From the NCBI RefSeq assembly GCF_006345805.1, contig NC_043003.1, positions 40,052,001 through 40,116,000 on the forward strand: a DNA stretch of 64,000 nt. The letters run 5' to 3'. The position numbers and the translations under genes are program-made. The DNA is from Octopus sinensis (lineage: Eukaryota). How positions within the stretch are numbered: the first letter of the stretch is position 1; each line of letters begins with the position of its first letter. Below, piece by piece: positions 11,098-22,346 of the stretch. The notes under the pieces are model-generated. The model did no database searches and was not told the origin of the DNA. It saw only the letters and a program-made list of their open reading frames with translations.

Positions 11098-11517
11098 GCG
11101 CAGGAGTGGCTGTGTGGTAAGTAGCTTGCTAACCAACCACATGGTTCCGGGTTCAGTCCCACTGCATGGCATCTTGGGCAAGTGTCTTCTGCTATAGCCT
11201 CGGGCCGACCAAAGCCTTGTGAGTGGATTTGGTAGACGGAAACTGAAAGAAGCCCGTCGTATATATGTATATATATATACGTATGTGTGTGTATGTGTTT
11301 GTGTGTCTGTGTTTGTCCCTCTAGCATTGCTTGACAACCGATGCTGGTGTGTTTACGTCCCCGTCACTTAGCGGTTCGGCAAAAGAGAACGATAGAATAA
11401 GTACTGGGCTTACAGAGAATAAGTCCCCGGGTCGATTTTCTCGACTAAAGGCGGTGCTCCAGCATGGCCGCAGTCAAATGACTGAAACAAGTAAAAGAAT
11501 AAAAGAGCAAAGAGTAA
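11098..11517 (+). mobile_element. Family A SINE, full length
   Basis: TGGCTGTGTGG box A, GGTTCAGTCCC box B, TCTTGGGCAAGT, internal microsatellite and AAAAGAG tail. Confidence 0.92.
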
Positions 11518-11972
11518 AGCGTGAAAATTTTAAGAATTATGGAAAAGGGGAGGGCTAGAAAATTTTTGAATTACTACTTTTTATTTGTTTACATAATCGT
11601 ATATGATTTCCTGTGTGTAAAACAGTCGCAAAAATATTCTGAAAATTCCAAAAAATACAAGTTATGGGAGGTTATATGAAGTGCTTAAACCAGAATGCCG
11701 CCTGGATTTGAAATTATGATGTAGTGGAGAGTGGAGAAAGTCGATATAAAATCTCTGTGTTTGGCTGATGAGTTACTCTCATTGCACGTCCTGTATAAAA
11801 TCGTTGCTTTGAAAGATGTAAGTAATAAATAAACTTCCATTTCTGCTGGAATCGAAACGAGCAGATAACAAATTGAGAGATGTTAATTTAGAGAAACACT
11901 TTTATAATTTTATCACTAGTTACTGATAGCTGTGAATAAAGACTCTTAATCTTATGAAACGTACTCATGGAA

Positions 11973-12043
11973 GCGTCGGTGGTTCAGTGGTAGAATGCTC
12001 GCCTGCCACGCGGGCGGCCCGGGTTCGATTCCCGGCCGACGCA
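11973..12043 (+). tRNA. tRNA-Gly-GCC: tRNA-Gly(GCC)
   Basis: Identical to consensus; T5 at 12053-12057. Confidence 0.97.
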
Positions 12044-12649
12044 TCTTCGTAATTTTTCATTTTAAATAAATAAAATGTATCACCAATTTACAAATCATAT
12101 CAATTCTTTTCTTTGTTTCAGTCATTTGACAGCGGCCATACTGGAGCACCGCCTTACATGTCTGTCATTAAAAAAAAAATTGTAATTAATGAACTAAAGT
12201 CGGCCAGAGTTCGTTAAAATAATATCAGTCATACTTCGGTTTTCACCATCGAAATGATAGGCTCCGTTGTACAGTTTAACATTGCACTTACTGAAAGCGA
12301 GTCGTGGGGTGGACCGATATCGGTTCCTTCGAAATTGGTTCAAAGTTCGATCATCTTCAAAGCGAGAGAAGTAGTTGATAAAGACTAGGCTTCGTCTGAA
12401 CTGAGAGCCATCGACCAAGTAACTTACAATATGTTCGATTCTTTTGACGAAATACATTTGAAACATTTCTCACGTTCAAACCGTGTTTCATGAGTGTCAG
12501 TGTTTGCCTGTCACCCGAAATCGTTTACAGATCTGTCGACATCACTTCATGTTTGCTGCTTGTTTCTAATAGCTGGGCACAACACTGGATCAACCATTCA
12601 GCAAAATAAGCATATCTTTAGGGCGTCAAGGGAAGGAGGGGGCATCACA

Positions 12650-13116
12650 GGGATCTTTTCCTTTTGAATGGCAGTTTTCAACACAATTTCTAGTTAACTA
12701 AACACTTTGAAACTTCGTATACTGGTAGAATGTGTCAAAATAAAACATTTTTTTCTCTTGGCTTTCTAGAGAAAATTGTAATTTGTAACTTTAACGTAGT
12801 TTAATTTTTCGAATTTTAACCAATCCGATGCCCTCTATTGAGCTAAAATCATTTGCTGCGTCTAAAACTGAGACAACATCCTGTCACTAACTCTAACCCT
12901 AACCCTAACCCTAACCCTAAATGTTAGCCTTTCGTTGTTTTTTTTCTTAATTATTAAATCAAAATTATTTTCCATTGCTTTCGTTTTAGCCTTTCGTTTT
13001 TTTTTCCTAATTGTTATCCTTAAATTAATTTAACAATTAAGAAAAAAAAACGAAAGGCTAACATTTAGGGTTAGGGTTAGTGACAGGATGTTGTCTCAGT
13101 TTTAGACGCAGTAAAT
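12650..13116. mobile_element. Truncated copy of the telomere-repeat foldback element
   Basis: Same left arm and (CCCTAA)n as 13740-14407; the right arm is cut at the duplication junction. Confidence 0.85.
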
Positions 13117-13133
13117 GATTCCCGGCCGACGCA
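13117..13133 (+). pseudogene. tRNA-Gly 3' stub at the duplication junction
   Basis: GATTCCCGGCCGACGCA only. Confidence 0.85.
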
Positions 13134-13739
13134 TCTTCGTAATTTTTCATTTTAAATAAATAAAATGTATCACCTATTTACAAATCATATCAATTCTTTT
13201 CTTTGTTTCAGTCATTTGACAGCGGCCATACTGGAGCACCGCCTTACATGTCTGTCATTTTTAAAGAAATTGTAATTAATGAGCTTAAGTCGGCCAGAGT
13301 TCGTTAAAATAATACCAGTCATACTTCGGTTTTCACCATCGAAATGATAGGCTCCGTTGTACAGTTTAACATTGCACTTACTGAAAGCGAGTCGTGGGGT
13401 GGACCAATATTGCTTCCTTCGAAATTGGTTCAAAGTTCGATCATCTTCAAAGCGAGAGAAGTAGTTGATAAAGATTAGGCTTCGTCTGAACTGAGAGCCA
13501 TCGACCAAGAAACTTACAATATGTTCGATTCTTTTGACGAAATACATTTGAAACATTTCTCACGTTCAAACCGCGTTTCATGAGTGTCAGTGTTTGCCTG
13601 TCACCCGAAATCGTTTACAGATGTGTCGACACCACTTCATGTTTGCTGCTTGTTTCTAATAGCTGGGCACAACACTGGATCAACCATTCAGCAAAATAAG
13701 CATATCTTTAGGGCGTCAAGGGAAGGAGGGGGCACCGCA

Positions 13740-14407
13740 GGGATCTTTTCCTTTTGAATGGCAGTTTTCAACACAATTTCTAGTTAACTAAATACTTTGA
13801 AACTTCGTATACTGGTAGAATGTGTCAAAATAAAACATTTTTTCTCTTGGCTTTCTTGAGAAAATTGTTATTTGTAAGTTTAACGTAGTTTAATTTTTCG
13901 AATTTTAACCAATCCTATGCCCTCTATTGAGCTAAAATCATTTGCTGCGTCTAAAACTGAGACAACATCCTGTCACTAACTCTAACCCTAACCCTAACCC
14001 TAACCCTAAATGTTAGCCTTTCGTTTTTTTTTTTTCTTAATTGTTAAATCAAAATTATTTTCCATTGCTTTCGTTTTAGCCTTTCGTTTTTTTTTCCCTA
14101 ATTGTTATCCTTAAATTAATTTAACAATTAAGAAGAAAAAAAACGAAAGGCTAACATTTAGGGTTAGGGTTAGTGACAGGATGTTGTCTGTTTTAGACGC
14201 AGCAAATGATTTTAGCTCTATTGAGGGCATAGGATTGGTTAAAATTCGAAAAATTAAACTACATTAAACTTACAAATTACAATTTTCTCAAGAAAGACAA
14301 GAGAAAAAATGTTTTATTTTGACACATTCTACCAGTATACGAAGTTTAAAAGTGTTTAGTTAACTAGAAATTGTGTTGAAAACTGCCGTTCAAAAGGAAA
14401 AGATCCC
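13740..14407. mobile_element. Foldback/MITE-like element with ~300-bp inverted arms containing telomeric repeats
   Basis: GGGATCTTTT...AAAAGATCCC; arms 13740-14049 and 14119-14407; (CCCTAA)n at 13976-14009 and (TTAGGG)n at 14158-14173. No TSD recognised. Confidence 0.85.
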
Positions 14408-14660
14408 GCCCATTCTCTATAATCCATAGGACGGACTGCTTGTTCAGAGTTTATCTGCAGCTATACCACAATGTATTTTACAGATGTGTCGTCTCCACTT
14501 CATGTTTGCTGCTTGTTTCTAATAGCTGGGCACAACGCTGGATCAACCATTCAGCAAAATAAGCATATCTTTAGGGCGTCAAGGGAATGAGGGGGCACCA
14601 CAGGAATGGTAAGTGGTTTACGGCAGAAAAAGAATCACTTTAAACTTGCTAAAATAAAAT

Positions 14661-14962
14661 GCCTTGTGAGTGGATTTGGTAGACGGAAACTGAAAGAAGC
14701 CCGTCGTATATATGTGTATATATATATATGCGTGTGTGTGTTTGTATGTCTGTGTTTGTCCCCCTAGCATTGCTTGACAACCGATGCTGGTGTATTTATG
14801 TCCCCGTTACTTAGCGGCTCGGCAAAAGAGAACGATAGAATAAGCACTGGGCTTACAAAAGAATAAGTCCCCGGGTCGAGTTGCTCGACTGAAGGCGGTG
14901 CTCCAGCATGCCCGCAGTCAAATGACTGAAACAAGTAAAAGAGTAAAAGAATAAAAGAGTAA
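14661..14962 (+). mobile_element. Family A SINE, 5'-truncated
   Basis: Starts at GCCTTGTGAGTGGATTTGG; standard 3' half and tail. Confidence 0.88.
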
Positions 14963-15600
14963 AGTCTTTGCAATTCAAAAACGTAGGAGGAAACTTTTCA
15001 AATATAAATAAAGTGGAAGTATACAAAAATAAAAATTATTTTCCCTCTTACTGTTTTGTTTCGTTTTGAAAAATAAATATTCTATTTTATGGTTTGTTAT
15101 TTTTTATATTTTGAATTACATAATCTTTTATGGGGGGCACCAAAATCTTGTCAGTGCTTAGGGCCTCGATGGGTCTTAATCCGACCCTGGCCGGGCGAAA
15201 CGAATTTGGGTGGAATTCTGGTTCAAATGACACATCTTTGTGTCTGAAAACACTTTTACAATTTTATTACTAGTTACTGATAGCTGTGAATAAAGATTAT
15301 TAATCTTAGGAAATGTACTCATGGAAGCGTCGGTGGTTCAGTGGTAGAATGCTCGCCTGCCACGCGGGCGGCCCGGGTTCGATTCCCGGCCGACGCATCT
15401 TCGTAACTTTTAATTTTAAAATAAATAAAATGTAACACCTATTTACAAATCAAATCTATTCTTTTATTTGTTTCGGTCATTTAACTGCGGCCCTACTGGA
15501 GCACTCGGACAGTTCATTGAAATAACACCAGTCATATACTCAGGTTGTCACCATCGAAATGATAGTCTCCGTTGTACAGTTTAACATTGCACTTACTGAA
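14961..15600 (+). repeat. 640-bp segment duplicated in inverted orientation at 18766-19405
   Basis: Both ends align by reverse complement (AAAGTCTTTGCAATTC.. and ..ACTTACTGAA); the segment includes a tRNA gene. Confidence 0.93.
15327..15397 (+). tRNA. tRNA-Gly-GCC: tRNA-Gly(GCC)
   Basis: Identical to consensus; T4 at 15408-15411. Confidence 0.97.
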
Positions 15601-15776
15601 AGCGAGTCATGGGTGAACCAATATCGGTTCCTTCGAAATTGGTTCGAAGTTCGGATATTTTCAAAGCGAGAGACATTACAAACATGATCCAGTTTACATT
15701 TTTATGTAAAAGGGAAATTCAAAAGGTGCAGCTTTTTCGCACAATACAATCCAGCCGGCAGGTTTCTAAGTGGTAT

Positions 15777-16002
15777 CATCATCATCATCATCATCATCGT
15801 TTAACGTCCGTTTTCCGCGCAAGCACGGGTTGGACGGTTCGACCGGAGTCTGGGAAGCCAGGGCTGCACCAGGCTCCAGTCTGATCTGGCAGTGTTTCTA
15901 CAGCTGGATGCCCTTCCTAACGCCAACCACTCCGCGAGTGTAGTGGGTGCTTTTTACGTGCCACCTGCACAGGTGCCAGACGGGGGTCTGGCATCGGCCA
16001 CG
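15777..16002 (-). mobile_element. (GAT)n-tailed SINE/LINE-tail repeat, family D
   Basis: Minus strand has GTTAGGAAGGGCATCCAGCTGTAGAAAC and ends GGACGTTAAACGATGATGATG; same family as the copies near 30.8, 37.2, 57.9 and 62.5 kb. Confidence 0.8.
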
Positions 16003-16021
16003 ATATCTTCTATTTATTCAT

Positions 16022-16052
<31 letters not shown>

Positions 16053-16628
16053 CTTGTCTTAGTCACTGGACTTCAGCCATGCTGGGGCACCGCCTTGAAA
16101 TGTGTTAGTCGAACAAATCGGCGCCAGTACTTATTTCTGTAGCCTAGTACTTACTTACTCTATCGGTTTATTTGCCGAACAGCTAAGTTACGGGGTCGTA
16201 AATAAACCTCCACCGGTTGTCAAGTGGTGGTGGTGGGAGACAAACACAAACACATAAACGCGGCCTCCGCAACGGACTGAGTGAAAAGTCAGTGTAACGG
16301 TTGCAAGTATCAACGAAAGAGCTTTGAGAAACAAAACTAAACGAATGACCTTCTGTTTGACCAAATTAAACAAACAATCGATTAGTTATTTGGATATATT
16401 ACAGTGATTAATAATAGAGGTATGAAATTAAATCAGTACGTGTGTTCATAATACTGATATAATGACTCTCCCTAGACACAACAAAATTTCTTTCAACACA
16501 CGAATTCATATAAAGAATCTTGCAAACAAAATACAAAACCGAAGTCCGTATGTCATGGAGAAAACATTGCAGCTAAGAAGTGTCGAGTCAGAGAAATATT
16601 ATGAATCTTAGAGGACATCATGACCATA

Positions 16629-16698
16629 GTGTCGGTTGTTCAGTGGTAGAATGCTCGCCTACCATCGGGCGTCCCGCGTTTTATTCCCGACCGACGCA
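16629..16698 (+). pseudogene. tRNA-Gly pseudogene (anticodon ACC, 1-nt deletion, T-loop mutated)
   Basis: GTGTCGGTTGTTCAGTGGTAGAATGCTCGCCTACCATCGGGCGTCCCGCGTTTTATTCCCGACCGACGCA. Confidence 0.85.
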
Positions 16699-17171
16699 AA
16701 GATTGGGTTCGGCTATTAATTTGTTTTGTCTAAATACATTTTTGATGAAGAGTAAGCTTCATCTGAACTCAGAACCATCGAACAAGAAATTTACAATGTA
16801 TTCGTTTCTTTTGACGAAATACATTTGGAACATTTCTCAAGCTCTAACAGTGTTTTATGTGTGTCAGTTTCTCTTTGTCGTTCCGTTTGATTTTTATCAC
16901 CCTCAGTACATGTCCTCAAATTGCACTGTCCTCACATTAACACCCAAGCGCTCTGAAACTTTGGCATTAGAGATTCCGGCGTGAATACCAAGCAGTACAG
17001 CATGTTCTTTCCAAATTTCTGGCAGAGTAAATTGCGTCGTGGTGCTGTTTTTCTTACAGACGGTGCCCAACCGACCCTACTATACTGTGTAGTCGACAAA
17101 ATAAAAAAACAAGCAATGCGCGTACACGAAATTAAAAATCTAAAATGGCGACAGTTTACCCATCGCACCCT

Positions 17172-17173
<2 letters not shown>

Positions 17174-17229
<56 letters not shown>
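17174..17229. repeat. (CA)n microsatellite
   Basis: Perfect CA run. Confidence 0.97.
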
Positions 17230-17231
<2 letters not shown>

Positions 17232-17525
17232 AGTAGCCCTTCGTTGCCGGACAAGTTTTACAATTAAATTTCTTTATTTCAACTTTATTATTCCATGTCG
17301 GATCATGTGTTCCCAAACGAATACGCTTGATGAGGTGAGCTTTCTTCATTATTTGAGGCAATTTAGTTCAAATTCCACCGAGGTCGACTTTGCCGTTCAT
17401 CCTCTCGGGATCGATAAATTAAGTACCAGTTGCATACTGAAGTCGATCTAACTGACTACCCCAACATTTCTGGCCTTGTGCCTATAATAGAAAAGTTCAT
17501 TTGAGGTAATTTATAATGTCTCGAT

Positions 17526-17750
17526 ACTCTCTCTTTACTCTTTTACTCTTTTACTTGTTTCAGTCATTTGACTGTGGCCATGCTGGAGCACCGCCTTTAA
17601 TCGAGCAACTCGACCCCGGGACTTATTCTTTGTAAGCCCAGTACTTATTCTATCCGTCTCTTTTGCCGAACCGCTAAGTGACAGGGACATAAACACACCA
17701 GCATCGGTTGTCAAGCGATGTTGGGGGGACAAACACAGACATACAAACAT

Positions 17751-17842
<92 letters not shown>

Positions 17843-17950
17843 TATATATATACGACGGGCTTCTTTCAGTTTCCGTCTACCAAATCCACTCACAAGGCTT
17901 TGGTCGGCCCGAGGCTATAGTAGAAGACACTTGCCTAAGGAACCACGCAT
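17526..17950 (-). mobile_element. Family A SINE (head missing)
   Basis: Reverse complement of family A with expanded (CA)n/(TA)n. Confidence 0.88.
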
Positions 17951-18160
17951 TTTGTGTTGGAATTCCTTCTTATGACCAAAGTGAGACAAGAGACACGATT
18001 TGAACTTAAGCTGTAAACAGATTAAGCCAAATGCTGAAAAACTTCTAGCTGGACATTTGAGAGACATTTAGTTGTATCTTGAAACTCCACTACTTCTGAC
18101 ATGAATGCCAAGGACAAGCTTTCCTTTCAAATTACGCTTTCAAGTTCGAAGAAGCATACT

Positions 18161-18549
18161 ACACTTTTACTTGTTTCAGTCATTTGACTGTGGCCATGCT
18201 GGAGCACCGCCTTTAGTCGAGCAAATCGACCCCCAGGACTTATTCTTGGGAAGCCTAGTACTTATTCTATCGGTCTCTTTTGCCGACCCGCTAAGTTACG
18301 GGGACGTAAACTCACCAGCATCGGTTGTCAAGCGATGTTGGTGGTGGGGGGACAAACATATACACACACATACATATATATATATACATATATACGACGG
18401 GCTTCTTTCAGTTTCCGTCTACCAAATCCACCCACAAACCTTTGGTCAGCCCGAGGCTATAGTAGAAGACACTTGCCCAAGGTGCCACGCAGTGGTACGG
18501 AACCTGGAACCATGTGGTTGGTAAGTAACCTACTTACCACACAGTCACT
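18161..18549 (-). mobile_element. Family A SINE
   Basis: Reverse-complement match from tail to box A. Confidence 0.9.
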
Positions 18550-18968
18550 CAACTTTATTTTAATTTATTTTCCTGGAATATCGATCAAAGCAAAATGCAT
18601 TGTGTGACTTACGGTGAACCCTGATCGAACAGAATTATAGCACACAGGTAATCAACTGAGTTACTAGATGTGACCCGCAAATATGCATTTCCGGGTATTT
18701 TATACCCCACTGAAGCTGAGGACCTTATTGAACGTACCGACATGCGGTGATAAAATCATAAAGGGTTCAGTAAGTGCAATGTTAAACTGTACAACGGAGA
18801 CTATCATTTCGATGGTGACAACCTGAGTATATGACTGGTGTTATTTTAATGATCTGTCCGAGTGCTCCAGTATGGCCGCAGTCAAATGACTGAAACAAAT
18901 AAAAGAATAGATTTGATTTGTAAATAGGTGTTACATTTTATTTATTTTAAAATTAAAAATTACTAAGA

Positions 18969-19039
18969 TGCGTCGGCCGGGAATCGAACCCGGGCCGCCC
19001 GCGTGGCAGGCGAGCATTCTACCACTGAACCACCGACGC
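18969..19039 (-). tRNA. tRNA-Gly-GCC: tRNA-Gly(GCC)
   Basis: Exact reverse complement of the consensus; terminator (A5 on +) at 18955-18959. Confidence 0.97.
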
Positions 19040-19960
19040 TTCCATGAGTGCATTTCCTAAGATTAATAATCTTTATTCACAGCTATCAGTAACTAGTAAT
19101 AAAATTGTACAAGTGTTTTCAGACACAAAGATGTGTCATTTGAACCAGAATTCCACCCAAATTCATTTCGCCCGGCCAAGGTCGGATTAAGACCCATCGA
19201 AGCCCTAAGCACTGAAAAGATTTTGGTGCCCCCCATAAAAGATCATGTAATTCAAAATATAAAAAATAACAAACCATAAAATAGAATATTTATTTTTCAA
19301 AACGAAACAAAACAGTAAGAGGGAAAATAATTTTTATTTTTGTATACTTCAACTTTATTTATATTTGAAAAGTTTCCTCCTACGTTTTTGAATTGCAAAG
19401 ACTTTGATCAGATTCTCAAAATTAAACTTAGGTAACGCATCTGCACCTTTACTAAGTGAAGGTAAAGGCATCCCGAGTATTATTTCAGCAAGTTTAAAGT
19501 GATTCCTTTTCTGCCGTAACCCATTTACCATTTCGGATCTTTTCCTTTTGAGCGGCAGTTTTCAACACAATTTCTAGTTAACTAAACACTTTTAAACTTC
19601 AGTGTGACAATCTGACAGGTCGCATTCTCTCTTGTTCGGTGTATTGCTGTACAGACGTCACCATCAACCCTGACTGAGCAGATCTATGATGATGGTTTCA
19701 AATTTTGGCACGGGGTAAGTCTTTTACACAGTTGGTACTTATTTTATCAACCGCGAAAGGACGAAAGGAAAAGTCAACCTCGGCAGAATGTGAACCAAGA
19801 ACGGAAAGAGCCAGAAGAAAAGCCGCTATGCATTTTGTTCAACGTGGTAACGATTGTAGCAGCTCACTGCCTTATGTAGATCTACAACAATAATGGATGA
19901 TTCATCTAATACCTCCGTATCACTTGCTGGAAACCTAATGTGCATAACATTTTTTTTTTA

Positions 19961-20545
19961 AGGCGGCGAGCTGGCAGAAACGTTAGTACGCCGGGCGAAA
20001 TGCTCAGCGGTATTTCATCTGCCGCTACGTTCTGAATTCAAATTCCGTCGAGGTCGACCTTGCCTTTCATCCTTTCGGGGTCGATTAAATAAGTACCAGT
20101 TACGCACTGAGGTCGATATAATCGACTTAATCCGTTTGTCTGTCCTTGTTTTTCCCTTCTGTGTTTAGCCCCTTGTGGGTGGTTAAGAAATAGAAATAGG
20201 TATTTCGTCTGCCGTTACGTTCTGAGTTCAAATTCCGCCGAGGTCGACTTTGGCTTTCATCCTTTTGGGGTCGATTAAATAAGTACCAGTTACGCACTGG
20301 GGTCGATATAATCGACTTAATCCGTTTGTCTGTCCTTGTTTGTCCCCTCTGTGTTTAGCCCCTTGTGGTTAGTAAAGAAATAGGTATTTCGCCCGTCGCT
20401 ACGTTCTGAGTTCAAATTCCGCCGAGGTCAACTTTGCTTTTCATCCTTTCGAGGTCGATAAATTAAGTATCAGTAGAACACCGGGGTCGATAATCAGTTA
20501 TCCTCTTCTTCAAAATTGCAGGCTTTGTGCCTTTAATAGAAAGAA
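19961..20545 (+). mobile_element. Three family B SINE bodies in tandem behind one head
   Basis: Full copy to ~20190; the second and third bodies restart at GGTATTTCG (~20199, ~20383). Confidence 0.88.
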
Positions 20546-20552
20546 TCCTCAT

Positions 20553-21120
20553 CCTCCTCCTTAAGGCTCTGCAAATAACCATATACCATTTCTTCTGTTA
20601 GACTTTTGGTTTTGGTCAAAAATTTTTTTCTCGTCAGAAAAGAACCGAAGCATGCGTTGTTTCTGAAAGTTTCTTTTTAACCTTGTTAAGTAACTCTTTG
20701 GTACGAATCATACGGTTTACTCGTACTTTTGCCGGTAAGAATTGGTCTCTTCCTTAATACACAGAACTTGTATTGAATCCCTTGTGTAACATAGTTCTAA
20801 TACTCCATTCCGATACCTAAAGTTCTTCAGTGTTGGCTCACATTGATTTTCCGGGATAATCATCGATAATATTTCAAACCCATTAGATGAATTGCAGTAG
20901 TGTCTTTGTGGTATCCAAATACTTAAGGTGTTTTTTTTTTTTTTTTCTTTGATACAATTGAAACATACCCGTCAGAGGTGTCCAATTTCATTTGAACTTT
21001 GTGTACAGAAGATGTTGCAACATTTAAAAAGGTGGCAGTTTCTGAATTGTTCTGCACAACAGGGGCATCATAAAAGTTCATTTCTTGTGTTAGCATTTTA
21101 TCTGCGATAGGTATCTGGGG
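20553..21120 (-). mobile_element. Decayed Tc1/mariner-superfamily (maT/DD37D-like) transposase, N-terminal half
   Basis: Minus-strand fragments ..SETATFLNVATSSVHKV.., ..DYPGKSM.., ..VSEWSIRT.. and MLRFFSDEKKIFDQNQKSNRRNGIW (FSDEK is the first catalytic Asp motif); stops and frameshifts present. Confidence 0.7.
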
Positions 21121-21380
21121 GAAAAAAACCCGAACGTTCTAATTAAGCTGGAGAGAGTAGTATTTAGATAACTAAATGTTCTGAAATACCCCTCACACCC
21201 TGAATTTACTTAAATCAAAATTAAATGAAAGGGAGGTAACTAATGTACCAGTTACAGTTATGACCGGAGATAACTCCTGTTGTAAAGACATGTTTCAACT
21301 GTAAAATAAAAGTGTGACTGACTTTTAGAGCGATACTCCTAATAACATCAAGTGTACAATATATATATATATATTCATAT

Positions 21381-21494
21381 AATTTTTTTTCGTAATGAGA
21401 TAAAAAAAACCAAGGCTGAGTAGATTGTAGAACATTTTAGAATGTTCTAAAATCTACTCAGCCTTAGTTTTTTATCTCATTACGAAAAAAAATT
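21381..21494. repeat. ~55-bp-arm palindrome (MITE-like hairpin)
   Basis: TTCGTAATGAGATAAAAA..AAGGCTGAGTAGATT.TAGAACATT, a 4-nt loop TTAG, then the reverse complement. Confidence 0.9.
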
Positions 21495-21655
21495 TTTATA
21501 TACACACGCTGACATATCACCAACGTTAAACCTCTTATTCGCAAAATCATACATATATATATATATGTGTGTGTGTACGTTTATATATTTGTTTTGCAAG
21601 AATTTTGATGTGAAATCGTGTGTTGGAACAGATATGACCATTCCTAAATACAAAT

Positions 21656-21870
21656 ATATTACTCTTTTACTCTTTTACTTGTTTCAGTCATTTGACTGCG
21701 GCCATGCTGGAGCACCGCCTTTAGTCGAGCAAATCAACCTCGGGACTTATTCTTTGGAAGCCCAGTACTTATTCTATCGGTCTCTTTTGCCGAACCGCTA
21801 AGTGACGGGGACGTAAACACACCAGCATCGGTTGTCAAGCAATGCTAGGGGGACAAACACAGACACACAA

Positions 21871-21915
<45 letters not shown>

Positions 21916-22058
21916 TACGACAGGCTTCTTTCAGTTTCCGTCTACCAAATCCACTCACAAGGCTTCGGTCGGCCCGAGGCTATAGCAGAAGACACTTGCC
22001 CAAGATGCCACACATGGGGACTGAACCCGGAACCATGTGGTTGGTTAGCAAGCTACTT
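21656..22058 (-). mobile_element. Family A SINE body (host of the ORF1-only element)
   Basis: Reverse complement of family A ends at GGTTAGCAAGCTACTT; its head resumes at 24301. Confidence 0.92.
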
Positions 22059-22346
22059 TATTTCATTTAATTTGCCACAAGGGCAGTACACAGATAGTAG
22101 CTACGGGCTGGACATAGACATTAATGAATGATGGTGATGGAATGAAGATGGTGATGGGAGAAGACGAAAGCGCCCGCCGACCCCCGCTTCTCTAAAACAA
22201 TGTTCTTTTTTCAATAATTTTACAAAATTTTCAAAATTTCACAAAAATACAAAAATTTCACAAAAATTCCAAATTTTACAAATCACAATTTCAAAAGTTT
22301 TTCCAGAGGCAATAAACCTCCATCACAATATAACACAAATACAGGT

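Larger units (their letters stand above)
12027..14207 (+). repeat. ~1.09-kb direct tandem duplication (12027-13116 / 13117-14207)
   Basis: Near-identical copies, with GATT at 12027, 13117 and 14208. Confidence 0.92.
200..19600. repeat. Degenerate tandem array of tRNA-Gly units (gene plus 1-3 kb spacer), partly inverted and interrupted by TEs
   Basis: Spacer blocks recur around each tRNA: CCATA(A/G)GACGGACTGCTT(A/G)TTCAGAG near 985, 2600, 5400, 10845 and 14425, and the GAAACATT..CAATTTT leader. Minus-strand copies at 8605-9134 and 18766-19600. Confidence 0.9.

Noticed and set aside
12194-13556. Duplicated 90/114-aa minus-strand ORFs (MFQMYFVKRIEH..)
   Set aside because: They lie in duplicated tRNA spacer, and the frame is not preserved in other units.
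12885-14173. Telomere or chromosome-fusion site (opposed CCCTAA/TTAGGG tracts)
   Set aside because: The tracts are only 2-5 units long and are part of the inverted arms of a repeated element.
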